Of a DNA stretch of 64,000 nucleotides, positions 47,772 to 57,360 are shown piece by piece. Location: IMG/VR virus record IMGVR_UViG_3300021142_000002, positions 62,001 to 126,000 of that record; one strand, written 5' to 3'. The notes under the pieces are model-generated. The model did no database searches, was not told the origin of the DNA, and saw only the letters and a program-made list of their open reading frames with translations. The position numbers and the translations under genes were made by a program. Every line of letters starts with the position of its first letter. Positions within the stretch are counted from its first letter, which is position 1.

Positions 47772-49757
47772 TTATCTTTGGTTCCAAGTAGAAGCCAAAG
47801 GTGATGTTGTTCCATAGTGCTGTGGATTATAACCTGGTTGGTTATAATTTCTTTGGTAGTAAGAAGAAACACCATGACCTTGCAGCGGAGTAATGTACTC
47901 GCTATTAAATGATTGACGTTGTACCATAGAAGACATATCAGATAGACCTTCAATAGTTACAGCAATGCCGCATTGTGCGTGCATTTCTTCAATAGTATTG
48001 ATGAAATCATTATTGAAGAAGAACCGTGAAATCAATCCAGTCACTGTAAAGTTAGGCGCCATTTGTTTACGGATATTACGTTTGATATCCATGTCTTCTA
48101 AAGAGTTATTGCCTGGATAGAAACCTAAGGCAAATGAATCAAAGAATGTCATGTCGCCTGCTGAATAACTTAAGCAGGTCAGATAATCAATAGTTCGACC
48201 ATCACGTGCTCTACCATTTGTATCAGTGTAATAACCGGCATGTAAATCCACACGCAGCGTAGAATTAGTAGCACGATCGTATTGCATGATAGGTTTATTC
48301 TTTGGCAGCCATAATTTGCTGAATACACCGCCTGAATAAGCATCCAATTCATTAATAATAATAGATTCTTCTTTAGAACCCGGTACAGCACCTGCAAACA
48401 AAGTTTGTAACCATTCAGTTGGACTGCCTTTAATGATATCCATAGCGACCAGCACAGTACGAGTGCAATACATAGCTGCCATCGCTTGAGCAGTTACTTT
48501 ATCTTCACCCACCATAGGGTCAGAGCCGCTAACAACAGTTAGTTCTTTAGGAACAAATTGTTTTTGTGGCATTGGCAATGGATCATGTTCAAGACCTAAG
48601 ATACCTAAGTTAGGTTTCAACTGATTATCACCTACAAAAGGTTCAAAGATAGTAGCCCATTTATTTTGGGTAGGGTCTAGTAATGGTAATAATGATGGCA
48701 GCGCTAATAGCTGAGTCAACAAATTATCATTAGACCGACTAGATGCACCTAAAGATGAAGTGTTTGTAATCACAAACACTGGATCATAGCCTGGAGTAGG
48801 TACTGGGTAACCAGTATAAGGTGCTTGCTGAGTAGGTACTCTGCGGTAGAAATCCATATAGCCCGCAATAGCCGTTAATGCAATTTCATCTTGTTGATTA
48901 CTAATAGCACGAACATCAGTGCTAATTGGTTTACCTGCTTGGCGTGCATAAAGGACCACGTTAACATCGGCGACATAAGGCTGATTAACAGATGATAAAT
49001 AAATGCCGCCTGGAGTGACATCAAACTTAGATACCAACTGTACAGTATTGTTAGCCAATACATTAACAGTGACTGGCGAGGTTGGTAAGTTTTGTTTGCT
49101 GCGCATAGTAGCGCTGATGGCAGCCAAGGCATGGTCATAGAACTTAGCGAGTGAATTAATATTCAACAACTCAACCGTTTTTGGCACCACCATGTTAGAT
49201 GCACAAACACTGCCATTTGATTTACCCGATACATTGCCAATAACATTTTCAACGATTTCTCGAGTTTGTTTGTTCCAGAATAGAGCTGGAAACATGTCAA
49301 TTTCAACCGAGCGATTATTTCTACCAATGTTTGCATGCTTATTAGCTAGTGGGCGAGCCATTTCTTCAAACATTAATGTACTATAGTACACTAAGTTTGT
49401 TCTGCTACATTTAAACCAAAGTGCAACAATCGCAATTGGAATGCGTGGATCTTCAACTGGAAGGACTTTAACTTGTAGAATGGTTGGATTATTTTCAACC
49501 CGTTTTTGCACATCCGCCAATGCTTTCAGCAATTCAGTAGTATTACCTGAACCTACATTGCCAGATGCAGTAACTGAAGATAAACCCATTAAGGCATCAA
49601 AACCGACTGTAGCTGCTGAACCTGCATTGCCACTTACATAGGCTGATGCTTGAGATTCAAACGTATCATTAGTTTTGTGCTGTTGCTGATTGCCACGACC
49701 TGTGGTTAGAATTACTTCATCTTCCTCAAAGCCTGGGCGATTAGTAGTATTATTCAT
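47772..49757 (-). CDS. chmA: Chimallin, phage nuclear shell protein
   Basis: 661 aa; position upstream of the gp55-like beta'; C-terminal segments (HAGYY..GRARDGRTIDYL; FTVTGLISRFFFNNDFINTIEEM..CGIAVTIEG) parallel the recalled ChmA sequence; disordered termini. Confidence 0.85.
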   Translation of the reverse strand: MNNTTNRPGFEEDEVILTTGRGNQQQHKTNDTFESQASAYVSGNAGSAATVGFDALMGLSSVTASGNVGSGNTTELLKALADVQKRVENNPTILQVKVLPVEDPRIPIAIVALWFKCSRTNLVYYSTLMFEEMARPLANKHANIGRNNRSVEIDMFPALFWNKQTREIVENVIGNVSGKSNGSVCASNMVVPKTVELLNINSLAKFYDHALAAISATMRSKQNLPTSPVTVNVLANNTVQLVSKFDVTPGGIYLSSVNQPYVADVNVVLYARQAGKPISTDVRAISNQQDEIALTAIAGYMDFYRRVPTQQAPYTGYPVPTPGYDPVFVITNTSSLGASSRSNDNLLTQLLALPSLLPLLDPTQNKWATIFEPFVGDNQLKPNLGILGLEHDPLPMPQKQFVPKELTVVSGSDPMVGEDKVTAQAMAAMYCTRTVLVAMDIIKGSPTEWLQTLFAGAVPGSKEESIIINELDAYSGGVFSKLWLPKNKPIMQYDRATNSTLRVDLHAGYYTDTNGRARDGRTIDYLTCLSYSAGDMTFFDSFALGFYPGNNSLEDMDIKRNIRKQMAPNFTVTGLISRFFFNNDFINTIEEMHAQCGIAVTIEGLSDMSSMVQRQSFNSEYITPLQGHGVSSYYQRNYNQPGYNPQHYGTTSPLASTWNQR

Positions 49758-49896
49758 ATATTTTCTTGCTCCTGTTTAAAACGTTTTAAGGGTATTATAC
49801 CCTAGTCAATAAGACTAGAGTACGAAGACTACTTTATTGTAGCTACATAATATCTACAATAAATACTTTTTTACATCATATCTAGATACTGCTAAC

Positions 49897-49926
49897 AGAT
49901 AATGTATCTGTTAGATATTTTTGGAT
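49897..49926 (-). promoter_or_regulatory. Early promoter of chmA
   Basis: ATCCAA-N14-TACATTATCT. Confidence 0.65.
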
Positions 49927-50472
49927 TTAGTCAAATAAATTTGGTACTAAAGTGATTAATACTTTAACCTTTTCTTCATCATTCTCATTAGCATGTGTTA
50001 AGTACTCAGCTATAAAACTAATAATAGCATGATGCTTTAAAGTTAGTATATAGAAAGTAGTTAAAGGGTTTTTTGAATTAACGACTTCCTCATAGGTCAT
50101 TAATCCATTATTAATTTGATAAACAGCACTAGGGTCTAGATTAAGGTACTTATTAGCAAAATCTATTAATGACTGCAGAGTTGAAATAAGATTAACTGCT
50201 GCTTCATTAATGTCTTTTAATAGATCTTTTACATTAACCATGTAATTAATGTATACATCCTCACCAATACTTAACTGTATGTCATTTAAACAACCTTCCT
50301 CTTCCATTAGAGTAATTTCATCATAAGTAGTAATAACTGATCCTAGAAATTCTTTTAATTTCTCTTTCCAGCCAGTCTCCCCAATGTTATCCATCGCACC
50401 CATTGCATTTGATAAGAAGTTCCTTTGCAAGATGAGTTTAGTTTTTAATATCTTTGCTCTTTCCTCTAGCAT
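49927..50472 (-). CDS. Hypothetical helical protein
   Basis: 181 aa. Confidence 0.6.
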   Translation of the reverse strand: MLEERAKILKTKLILQRNFLSNAMGAMDNIGETGWKEKLKEFLGSVITTYDEITLMEEEGCLNDIQLSIGEDVYINYMVNVKDLLKDINEAAVNLISTLQSLIDFANKYLNLDPSAVYQINNGLMTYEEVVNSKNPLTTFYILTLKHHAIISFIAEYLTHANENDEEKVKVLITLVPNLFD

Positions 50473-50852
50473 AATAGCCCCTTTAAATTGTCATCAATAA
50501 CTACAATAGTTATTGTTTTTGTTTCATCATTAAAAATTGTAGTTAAAGAAAGATTAAACTCATCCTTAGTCATAACAGTCTCTTCCTTATCTTTGATAAC
50601 TAAGTAATCAAAAGGTGTAGAGAGTTCATCTTGCTTTCTAGAAATAATTAAGGTATAAGAAGGGTCATACTTATCAATAAGTAATCTAGTCTTTAACATT
50701 AAGGTTAATGCTTTTTCTACATTACTGCTACAGTCAATGAAGTATTCATAATCACTAACATTGATAAACCCTAATCTGTACAGCGCAGCATCTAGCATAG
50801 CTGAATTAAAACAATCTTTAATAACGTCTTTAAACCATTTAATAATACTCAT
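50466..50852 (-). CDS. Hypothetical protein
   Basis: 128 aa; GAGG RBS. Confidence 0.6.
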   Translation of the reverse strand: MSIIKWFKDVIKDCFNSAMLDAALYRLGFINVSDYEYFIDCSSNVEKALTLMLKTRLLIDKYDPSYTLIISRKQDELSTPFDYLVIKDKEETVMTKDEFNLSLTTIFNDETKTITIVVIDDNLKGLLC

Positions 50853-50862
50853 TAATACCTCT

Positions 50863-51297
50863 TTAAATTAATTTATTAAACCATTTGATATATTGATTTT
50901 TATATTCAGTAAAAAAGGATTTAAACATTTTTAACGGAACTTTATTATCAATATTAAAAAAGTGCATCATTGCCATTTTAAAATCAGACATGACTTCACC
51001 TAGCTCATCTTTATTATCATCAATTTTAATTAGGCGATGATATAAATTATTAAACTGATCTTGTAAAAATATACATTTATTAATATGGTAAAAGATATTT
51101 TCATCTTGTTCAATCAATATGAGCTCATTAAAATACCAAATTTTAAATTCCCCTTCATGAGGATCCGTTACCAAATAATAACACAGACCAATGTTTTTAT
51201 CAGCTTCTACAAATTCTTTTATAGTTAATAACTGTATGCTACTTAACCAATTTCGTGTAATCCAAATAACTTTATGACCATTGGGTATTGGATGCAT
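50863..51297 (-). CDS. Hypothetical protein
   Basis: 144 aa; GAGG RBS. Confidence 0.6.
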   Translation of the reverse strand: MHPIPNGHKVIWITRNWLSSIQLLTIKEFVEADKNIGLCYYLVTDPHEGEFKIWYFNELILIEQDENIFYHINKCIFLQDQFNNLYHRLIKIDDNKDELGEVMSDFKMAMMHFFNIDNKVPLKMFKSFFTEYKNQYIKWFNKLI

Positions 51298-51318
51298 TAT
51301 TTACCTCATAATTGTTAT

Positions 51319-51819
51319 TTATACCGAATGTAGACAAAGATCCATTAATTCTTCAATAAATCCTTTTATAATTATATCATTTTCCTCAGTAGTATTTCCT
51401 GTAAGCGGATGATAGGCGGTTCGCAGATGACAATCAATACTAAATTTTAAGAGCTTAATATCTGCTTCTTGGTCTGGGCATTCACGTAAAATACAGTTTA
51501 ATAACTTTTTAGTACGGAATAATCTATCTACCCTTTTCATTGAGCTTTCTGTTTGTTTTAAAGGTATGATATCTTCTGCCTTACATTTTAAACTTACTTC
51601 AATTCCGTCATAGACATCAACCAAGATTTCTTCAACGACTTTTGTTTCTGGACAATCTTTAAGATCTTTAAATTCTTGACAGCTTGTAACCAAAGTTAAT
51701 TTACGTTTTTCTATGCCAAGAATTTCCACCAATACTAGATTATTTTTAAAACCTATTAAGGCTTTATCTTCTTCTTGAAATAACAATTCTTCAATCTTCT
51801 TTTTCATCTTTATTCCCAT
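51319..51819 (-). CDS. Hypothetical protein
   Basis: 166 aa. Confidence 0.6.
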   Translation of the reverse strand: MGIKMKKKIEELLFQEEDKALIGFKNNLVLVEILGIEKRKLTLVTSCQEFKDLKDCPETKVVEEILVDVYDGIEVSLKCKAEDIIPLKQTESSMKRVDRLFRTKKLLNCILRECPDQEADIKLLKFSIDCHLRTAYHPLTGNTTEENDIIIKGFIEELMDLCLHSV

Positions 51820-51899
51820 TAATTACATATATTATATTTTCAGTTATTACATTGCCATACTTAGAATCAATTGTAATATTTTCAATATTCATAATAAAT

Positions 51900-52370
51900 T
51901 TATCCTTCACGCCAAGCGCCATAGTCTGAAAAATCAACTTCAAAGTAATATCCTTTTTCAGGACCAACGTTCATTTTAATATCACCGAATAGTCTATTAC
52001 TACTAATTTTACAATAAGTCAGTAAATGGCTAAGTGGGTCAGTAGATGTATTATCATTTAAGTGATGGTAATAATGATGATAGAGCACTATTCCGCCTGG
52101 CTTTTTACCCTCTCCTTTAAACTTAAAGGTAATATCATTAGCCTTATACTTACCCAGTATGGGTTGAAGCATATTGTCAGTATGTTTATTAACCAATAAA
52201 GGATTGCCGCCCTCACAGTCAATGACATAGTCAGATATCTGCCTATAGACATAGCTATCTTTAAAGAATAAATACTCATCATTAACCAAGGCTGCTCTAA
52301 TGGGCGATTCCAACCACTTAGTCATGCCCCCGAATAGTCTAACTAAAGCATTATCGTAAAATTCAAACAT
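51900..52370 (-). CDS. Hypothetical early protein
   Basis: 156 aa; GGAG RBS and promoter cassette. Confidence 0.65.
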   Translation of the reverse strand: MFEFYDNALVRLFGGMTKWLESPIRAALVNDEYLFFKDSYVYRQISDYVIDCEGGNPLLVNKHTDNMLQPILGKYKANDITFKFKGEGKKPGGIVLYHHYYHHLNDNTSTDPLSHLLTYCKISSNRLFGDIKMNVGPEKGYYFEVDFSDYGAWREG

Positions 52371-52372
52371 TA

Positions 52373-52431
52373 TTTTCTCCTATTTAATATTAACATCAGA
52401 TAGATAATGTAAGTATTAAAATAACTCCAAT
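52373..52431 (-). promoter_or_regulatory. Early promoter + leader/RBS cassette (copy 1)
   Basis: TACATTATCT box at 52402-52411; 36 bp identical to 58543-58578. Confidence 0.7.
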
Positions 52432-52453
52432 TTTAAACAAAAAAAAACATAAG

Positions 52454-52487
52454 TGTGGATACTAGGGAGTACTCCCTAGTATCCACA
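52454..52487. repeat. 34-bp perfect palindrome
   Basis: TGTGGATACTAGGGAGT|ACTCCCTAGTATCCACA. Confidence 0.85.
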
Positions 52488-52495
52488 AAAGCAGT

Positions 52496-52687
52496 TTAGT
52501 CTATAACAGAAATAATGTTTTCTAACTTAATGTTTCTATATGGATTACTATTACTCTCCCGTGTTAAATCATTCTTCACACAAGTAATAGAGTATTCTGT
52601 AAATTCATTGCCTTCTGAATCTAGACTAATAGCAGCTGAAACAATCATGCCAACTTTAGCTGAAATTCCTTTTTCATCTTTCCACAC
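52496..52687 (-). CDS. Small SH3/KOW-like hypothetical protein
   Basis: 63+ aa; AKVGMIV pattern; start uncertain. Confidence 0.4.
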   Translation of the reverse strand: MWKDEKGISAKVGMIVSAAISLDSEGNEFTEYSITCVKNDLTRESNSNPYRNIKLENIISVID

Positions 52688-52698
52688 AACAATCTGAC

Positions 52699-52926
52699 CT
52701 AATCTATAATCAAATTTAACAGTTTCTGCCTGATGTATACGATACAGATAAATAAGAAGCAGTTCATCACTATTGCTAAGGGAGATATAACGTGATAAAC
52801 ATCGCCGCTTTTTCTATCAGAAATTTTAACTTTGACAGTTCTTTCTTTTATTAACTCTACCGAGCCGGAATAGAAAACTCCATTTTCTATAAAACTAACT
52901 TCATCACCTCTTCTAAGTTCATTCAT
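52699..52926 (-). CDS. Small SH3/KOW-like hypothetical protein (start revised to 52926)
   Basis: MNELRRGDEVSF...YSGSVE; GGAG RBS. Confidence 0.5.
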   Translation of the reverse strand: MNELRRGDEVSFIENGVFYSGSVELIKERTVKVKISDRKSGDVYHVISPLAIVMNCFLFICIVYIRQKLLNLIID

Positions 52927-52927
52927 T

Positions 52928-53452
52928 TTATTTCTCCTCTGTTTCAAACAAATCTTTATAGTTTTCAATTCTAGCAATATCATTAACATCTAAATCTGTG
53001 GTAATGTGGGAGAAATCTGGTTTTCCGCGATTACCCATTTTAGCTACAGAGTAATGCTCACGTATAGAACCATTACATCGTTTAGAAAGTCCTTGACCTG
53101 CAATAAAACCAACTTCCACAAAACCATTAGACGTGTGTCTAAATATAACGGCTTCATCTAACTGATATTTAAAACGAGTAGAGTTAGCGCCAAAGATTAA
53201 GCCAAATTCTTCTTTAGTGATAACATCATCTATCAGAATTATCCATGATTTTCCATTAATAATTTTTTCTGGAATACCTTGGTTAAGTAAAGGCTTAACA
53301 TATACATAATGTCTTCCTTCTTCAGGATTACCACACACTACTTCAGCCGCTATTAAAATACCACAATGTATATAAAATACATTATCTCCTACTTTAATTC
53401 CCCTTTCGTTTGGGGCTATAGAGGCTACATCAATATCTTTTTTCTTACTCAT
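52928..53452 (-). CDS. Two-domain SH3/KOW-like hypothetical protein
   Basis: IKVGDNVFY and FKYQLDEAVIF repeats; GGAG RBS. Confidence 0.6.
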   Translation of the reverse strand: MSKKKDIDVASIAPNERGIKVGDNVFYIHCGILIAAEVVCGNPEEGRHYVYVKPLLNQGIPEKIINGKSWIILIDDVITKEEFGLIFGANSTRFKYQLDEAVIFRHTSNGFVEVGFIAGQGLSKRCNGSIREHYSVAKMGNRGKPDFSHITTDLDVNDIARIENYKDLFETEEK

Positions 53453-53550
53453 TTTTTTCTCCTAAATTAAAACTAACTTATAATACAAAAATTATTTCTT
53501 CTGAGGTGATTGTTCTTGCACAGCAGCCAAGATCAGGTGTTCCATCTTGG

Positions 53551-53895
53551 TTAACATTTAATAAGTAACAATCGAAATTCTTCATTAACTCTTTTGCTAA
53601 AATGTTCTATTTCATCTGCAGATGAATAGAGCTTTTTGGGTTCAAATAATGCATTTAATACCTCATCACGAAGAAGTAGTAATTTAGTTATACTTTCCTC
53701 AGCATGAATTATCTGCTTCCTTTCAATTGCATATTTTAGTCTAGCTAAAATAAACCGTAAATCCTGCAGTGTCAACATATACCGCATGTTATCATTATTT
53801 AATTTAAATATGAATCTATTGCGAAGATAAAAAGTATCAGCAGAATAAATAAAATATTTATGTTTATTAAACCTTTCTTTGTTTCTTTTTAACAC
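53551..53895 (-). CDS. Hypothetical protein
   Basis: 114 aa. Confidence 0.55.
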   Translation of the reverse strand: MLKRNKERFNKHKYFIYSADTFYLRNRFIFKLNNDNMRYMLTLQDLRFILARLKYAIERKQIIHAEESITKLLLLRDEVLNALFEPKKLYSSADEIEHFSKRVNEEFRLLLIKC

Positions 53896-54078
53896 GTTTA
53901 ATTTCTCCTATTAACATCTTTCGTCATCTGGAAACCAAGGCTCTTCAAAAGCCTCTAAAATTGTCTCTGTGGGTATTTCTGCAATTACCATAGGCTTAGT
54001 ATCACTTTCCAATAATAATTCAATAGAGAGCATTTCAGGATCATTATCAGGTATTTATCTATAAACTTTAACTCTACT

Positions 54079-54345
54079 TTACATCTTTCTTCTCCCCATT
54101 AGTAATAACACTTTAGGATCAAAAACAAACTTTTCATTAACCCAGCCCACAACAGACTTTTCAATCGTATCCAAATCACGATCTACTCGCTGAATATAAT
54201 ACTCAGTTACTTTATTTACCGTATTATCAGACATAATCACTTCACTTAACCGTATCAGTGTTACCCTACCTAAAGACAGATGGTCACCATTAGTTTCTAC
54301 TAATACAAAATCATTTATCCCAAACTGTGTTTCAAAAATAGCCAT
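54079..54345 (-). CDS. SH3-like hypothetical protein
   Basis: QFGINDFVLV..GRVTLI pattern. Confidence 0.55.
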   Translation of the reverse strand: MAIFETQFGINDFVLVETNGDHLSLGRVTLIRLSEVIMSDNTVNKVTEYYIQRVDRDLDTIEKSVVGWVNEKFVFDPKVLLLMGRRKM

Positions 54346-54389
54346 CTTTATTTTCCCCTAATATTACTATTGATATTAATACATCTAAT

Positions 54390-54419
54390 AGATAATATAT
54401 AAATAACTATATATTGATT
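54390..54419 (-). promoter_or_regulatory. Early promoter
   Basis: AATCAA-N14-TATATTATCT. Confidence 0.6.
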
Positions 54420-54547
54420 AATATTAGTATTATTAATATCTACTATAAATACTAGTATTAAAGATTACTAGTATTATTAAATGAATAATAGAAACTATAC
54501 GTTTCTATTATGCTATATATTTACGTACCTATTATTACCTAAATGAG

Positions 54548-54573
54548 GATTAATACACTTAAGTGTATTAATC
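54548..54573. repeat. 26-bp perfect palindrome
   Basis: GATTAATACACTT|AAGTGTATTAATC. Confidence 0.8.
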
Positions 54574-54753
54574 ACTATTAGTATACATTAAAGAAGTATT
54601 ATTTATATACGTTAATGTAGTAGTCTATTATATACGCTAAGGAAGGTTGTTTATATATTGTTTTTACCCCCACTCCAGACCACGATTCCATCAACCCCTC
54701 GCAACCAGATTTCTCTAGTCGCGGGTAATGTATTAGTTATTCACTAAGACATA

Positions 54754-54840
54754 CTATACTGGTAATAGTAATATAAAAATAAAGAAAAAAAAAAGAATAA
54801 GTAATACAGTGCCAATAACCAAATAAATTAATTCAGTCAT
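54754..54840 (-). CDS. Hydrophobic peptide (28 aa, not in ORF track)
   Basis: MTELIYLVIGTVLLILFFFFIFILLLPV; GGAG RBS; promoter-like motif upstream. Confidence 0.6.
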   Translation of the reverse strand: MTELIYLVIGTVLLILFFFFIFILLLPV

Positions 54841-54907
54841 TTTAATCTCCTGCCCTTATAGGGACTTAAATGTTATAGTTAAATGGATTACTGGTGTAAT
54901 TCCAATT

Positions 54908-54937
54908 AAATGGTATATACATGAAAATAATTTGAAT
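54908..54937 (-). promoter_or_regulatory. Early-promoter-like motif
   Basis: ATTCAA-N14-TATACCATTT. Confidence 0.5.
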
Positions 54938-54982
54938 CCATTCTTACCGTATGTATAGCAGTCTACTAATAGAGGATAATCA

Positions 54983-56083
54983 ATGTATAGACTTTTTCCT
55001 AACCAACCTTTTGAGTTGAGTAAAACTAATTCTCCATTAATGCCTAGAATTAGAAATTTAATTTTTGATCATTATAAATACCAGCTAGAGTTTTATAATG
55101 AATATGGAGCTTACTATAATGACTCCTCTGTGATCCCTAGTAACCATGTTTTACTAAAGTTACTCTATCTATTAGCTGATTATGTTTCATATGGCAAAGA
55201 CGTTTATAGAGCGGTTAATGAGCATGTTCATCAAATCTGTTCAGTGCTTAGAATTACTAGTGAGTTTACACCAGGCGTTATTCACACCGATGCCCTATAT
55301 ACGGATACCTGTATCATAATGGCTCAGTCTTATGAAACAGAATTGTTTAATAAAACAGACTGGAAGACCATGAGGCCTTTAAGGTGTTTAACTCATCCTT
55401 TTACCAGTATGGAACTGCATGTACCTAAAGTTACTAAATCCCAATTAGGTAAAGGAATATCAGCCGTAGGAATAGATCTAGGACTATTAGGTTATATGCT
55501 ACAACAATGGCTAATTGAAAACAATATAGCCGTAGAGACTATAGCCGATGAAAGAGAATCTATTAATTTATTTCTATCCAGATTTGTAGTACCTGGATTA
55601 CTGCCTGAGCAAATAGATATTAGTTTAAGAAATAGAATGATGTTTATCTACACTGATTCTAAAGTACCTCTAGAACAGCCTGAGAGGTCTTTTGTAAAGA
55701 CTTATGAAGAAGCCCTAGTGCATCCTATGAAAATGATTTTTAATGTCATAGATACCAGTAGAGCTCGTTATTTACAGGCTTTAAAAGAAATACCTTTAGT
55801 ATTCACTGAAACTTATTTTGAAGCTATCCCTAAAGATCTCTATGGATTAAATACCTATACATACTGGGCTATGGCATTAATACTACTCGACTGGATAGAG
55901 CCCTGGATAGAAATAGTAAAAGGAGATCAAACCAGTAATACGGATATAATGAAGATATTAATTAGAGCTGATAGATTTATCTATGGAACGGGCTGTATGA
56001 GATATTGTCGATCTGATATACGAGGAGATTTCTTTAATAGGTACAAAAGACTAAAAGAAGTATTAATGAGTATGAAAGAATAG
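54983..56083 (+). CDS. Conserved phiKZ-like hypothetical protein (gp52-like by position)
   Basis: 366 aa; GAGG RBS; lone plus-strand gene upstream of chmA. Confidence 0.6.
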   Translation: MYRLFPNQPFELSKTNSPLMPRIRNLIFDHYKYQLEFYNEYGAYYNDSSVIPSNHVLLKLLYLLADYVSYGKDVYRAVNEHVHQICSVLRITSEFTPGVIHTDALYTDTCIIMAQSYETELFNKTDWKTMRPLRCLTHPFTSMELHVPKVTKSQLGKGISAVGIDLGLLGYMLQQWLIENNIAVETIADERESINLFLSRFVVPGLLPEQIDISLRNRMMFIYTDSKVPLEQPERSFVKTYEEALVHPMKMIFNVIDTSRARYLQALKEIPLVFTETYFEAIPKDLYGLNTYTYWAMALILLDWIEPWIEIVKGDQTSNTDIMKILIRADRFIYGTGCMRYCRSDIRGDFFNRYKRLKEVLMSMKE

Positions 56084-56370
56084 AGTATTATTTTATTACT
56101 ACTAGTATTATAATATGTCTTTCTAGACATCTTCTCTGAGTGGAGGGGATTATAGGGGAGGTATTAGAGGGGTAGTGTGTGAGTGAAACGAACACACTCT
56201 CTACTAAAGTAATAATAGTAATATAGAGAGATAATAACAATCTCTTGTATTAATATCAATCAGTCATTATTAGTATTAGTATTTAATATAGTAATAATGA
56301 TATATTAAAAATTTGTATGAAAAATAAAGTGTAATATTATTAGATTAAAAAATAAAAAAAAATACAATGA

Positions 56371-56402
56371 ATAGAGTAGAGTGCCTAGGCACTCTACTCT
56401 AT
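56371..56402. repeat. 32-bp perfect palindrome
   Basis: ATAGAGTAGAGTGCCT|AGGCACTCTACTCTAT. Confidence 0.85.
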
Positions 56403-56408
56403 GTATGA

Positions 56409-56885
56409 TTACTCGAAAGGAGGAAAGATTGTTATATAAGAAAGATCGCTTTTATTTCTTTCAAAGTATTCTGCATAAGGATCATCAATAGGCTTACACC
56501 GAATGATATCCGATCTATCTAAATCAAAGTTGTAGTCAAAGACGAGTACTAGCTCTGAGGTTACTTTATCCTTTAGTGGTAGTCCAGCCATGTATTCTTT
56601 TTTATAACTACAGCTCATGTGCATTAGGAGAAGATTAGCTCTTGTATAGAAATCTAAGCTCTTATCACTAATGTTGAAAAAGTAATGGAGTACAGTACGG
56701 TGGAATATGATTCCCATTGTCTCTCTAAGGACTGTAGTTTTTATAGCAATCAGTAGTGTTAAAAGGACACAGGTCTGTTCGACTAACTGTCTACTTCTTA
56801 CTGTTTCAATATCGAATACTTTAAAGCTATCGGCGTTATAACGTTTTATTAGTTCATTGACTAATAATAGGATGAGTTCTTTCAT
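56409..56885 (-). CDS. Hypothetical protein (paralog 3 of triad)
   Basis: 158 aa; RANLLLMHM..Y..EYMAG. Confidence 0.65.
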   Translation of the reverse strand: MKELILLLVNELIKRYNADSFKVFDIETVRSRQLVEQTCVLLTLLIAIKTTVLRETMGIIFHRTVLHYFFNISDKSLDFYTRANLLLMHMSCSYKKEYMAGLPLKDKVTSELVLVFDYNFDLDRSDIIRCKPIDDPYAEYFERNKSDLSYITIFPPFE

Positions 56886-56898
56886 TTTTGTATATCTC

Positions 56899-57360
56899 CT
56901 AGATATTGTTTAGAAACATAAAGTCTGCTTCAGTAGAGTCAATGACAATTTGCTTTTTGCCATTGGGTGATTTAAGACAAGTGAGCACAGTAGAGCCATC
57001 ATTGTAATTAATGACTTCTATGACCTTAAGGTAAGAAAAGTCAGTATTATGACGGAGCATTACACCTGGCATGTAGGTGGATGTAAAGAAGCAATGCATT
57101 TGAAATAATGCTGCATTAGCTTTTTCAATCGTCTTAAAAAACTTTTTATTAGGTGAAATGAGTTCTTTATGAAATTGGCTCGATAGACGCTTAGAGACAT
57201 TAGGCTTAGAGCAGATTTCTAATAGCGATACTAATGTTTTGGCTGTTTCTATTTCCTCCAACATATTTTCAATGAAGATTTCACTAACAACTTTAATGTC
57301 ATCTATTTCATTGTAATTTTTGATGATTTTATTAATGGTGAGTCTTAATAGCTTAGTCAT
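56899..57360 (-). CDS. Hypothetical protein (paralog 2 of triad)
   Basis: 153 aa; KANAALFQMH..F..TYMPG. Confidence 0.65.
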   Translation of the reverse strand: MTKLLRLTINKIIKNYNEIDDIKVVSEIFIENMLEEIETAKTLVSLLEICSKPNVSKRLSSQFHKELISPNKKFFKTIEKANAALFQMHCFFTSTYMPGVMLRHNTDFSYLKVIEVINYNDGSTVLTCLKSPNGKKQIVIDSTEADFMFLNNI

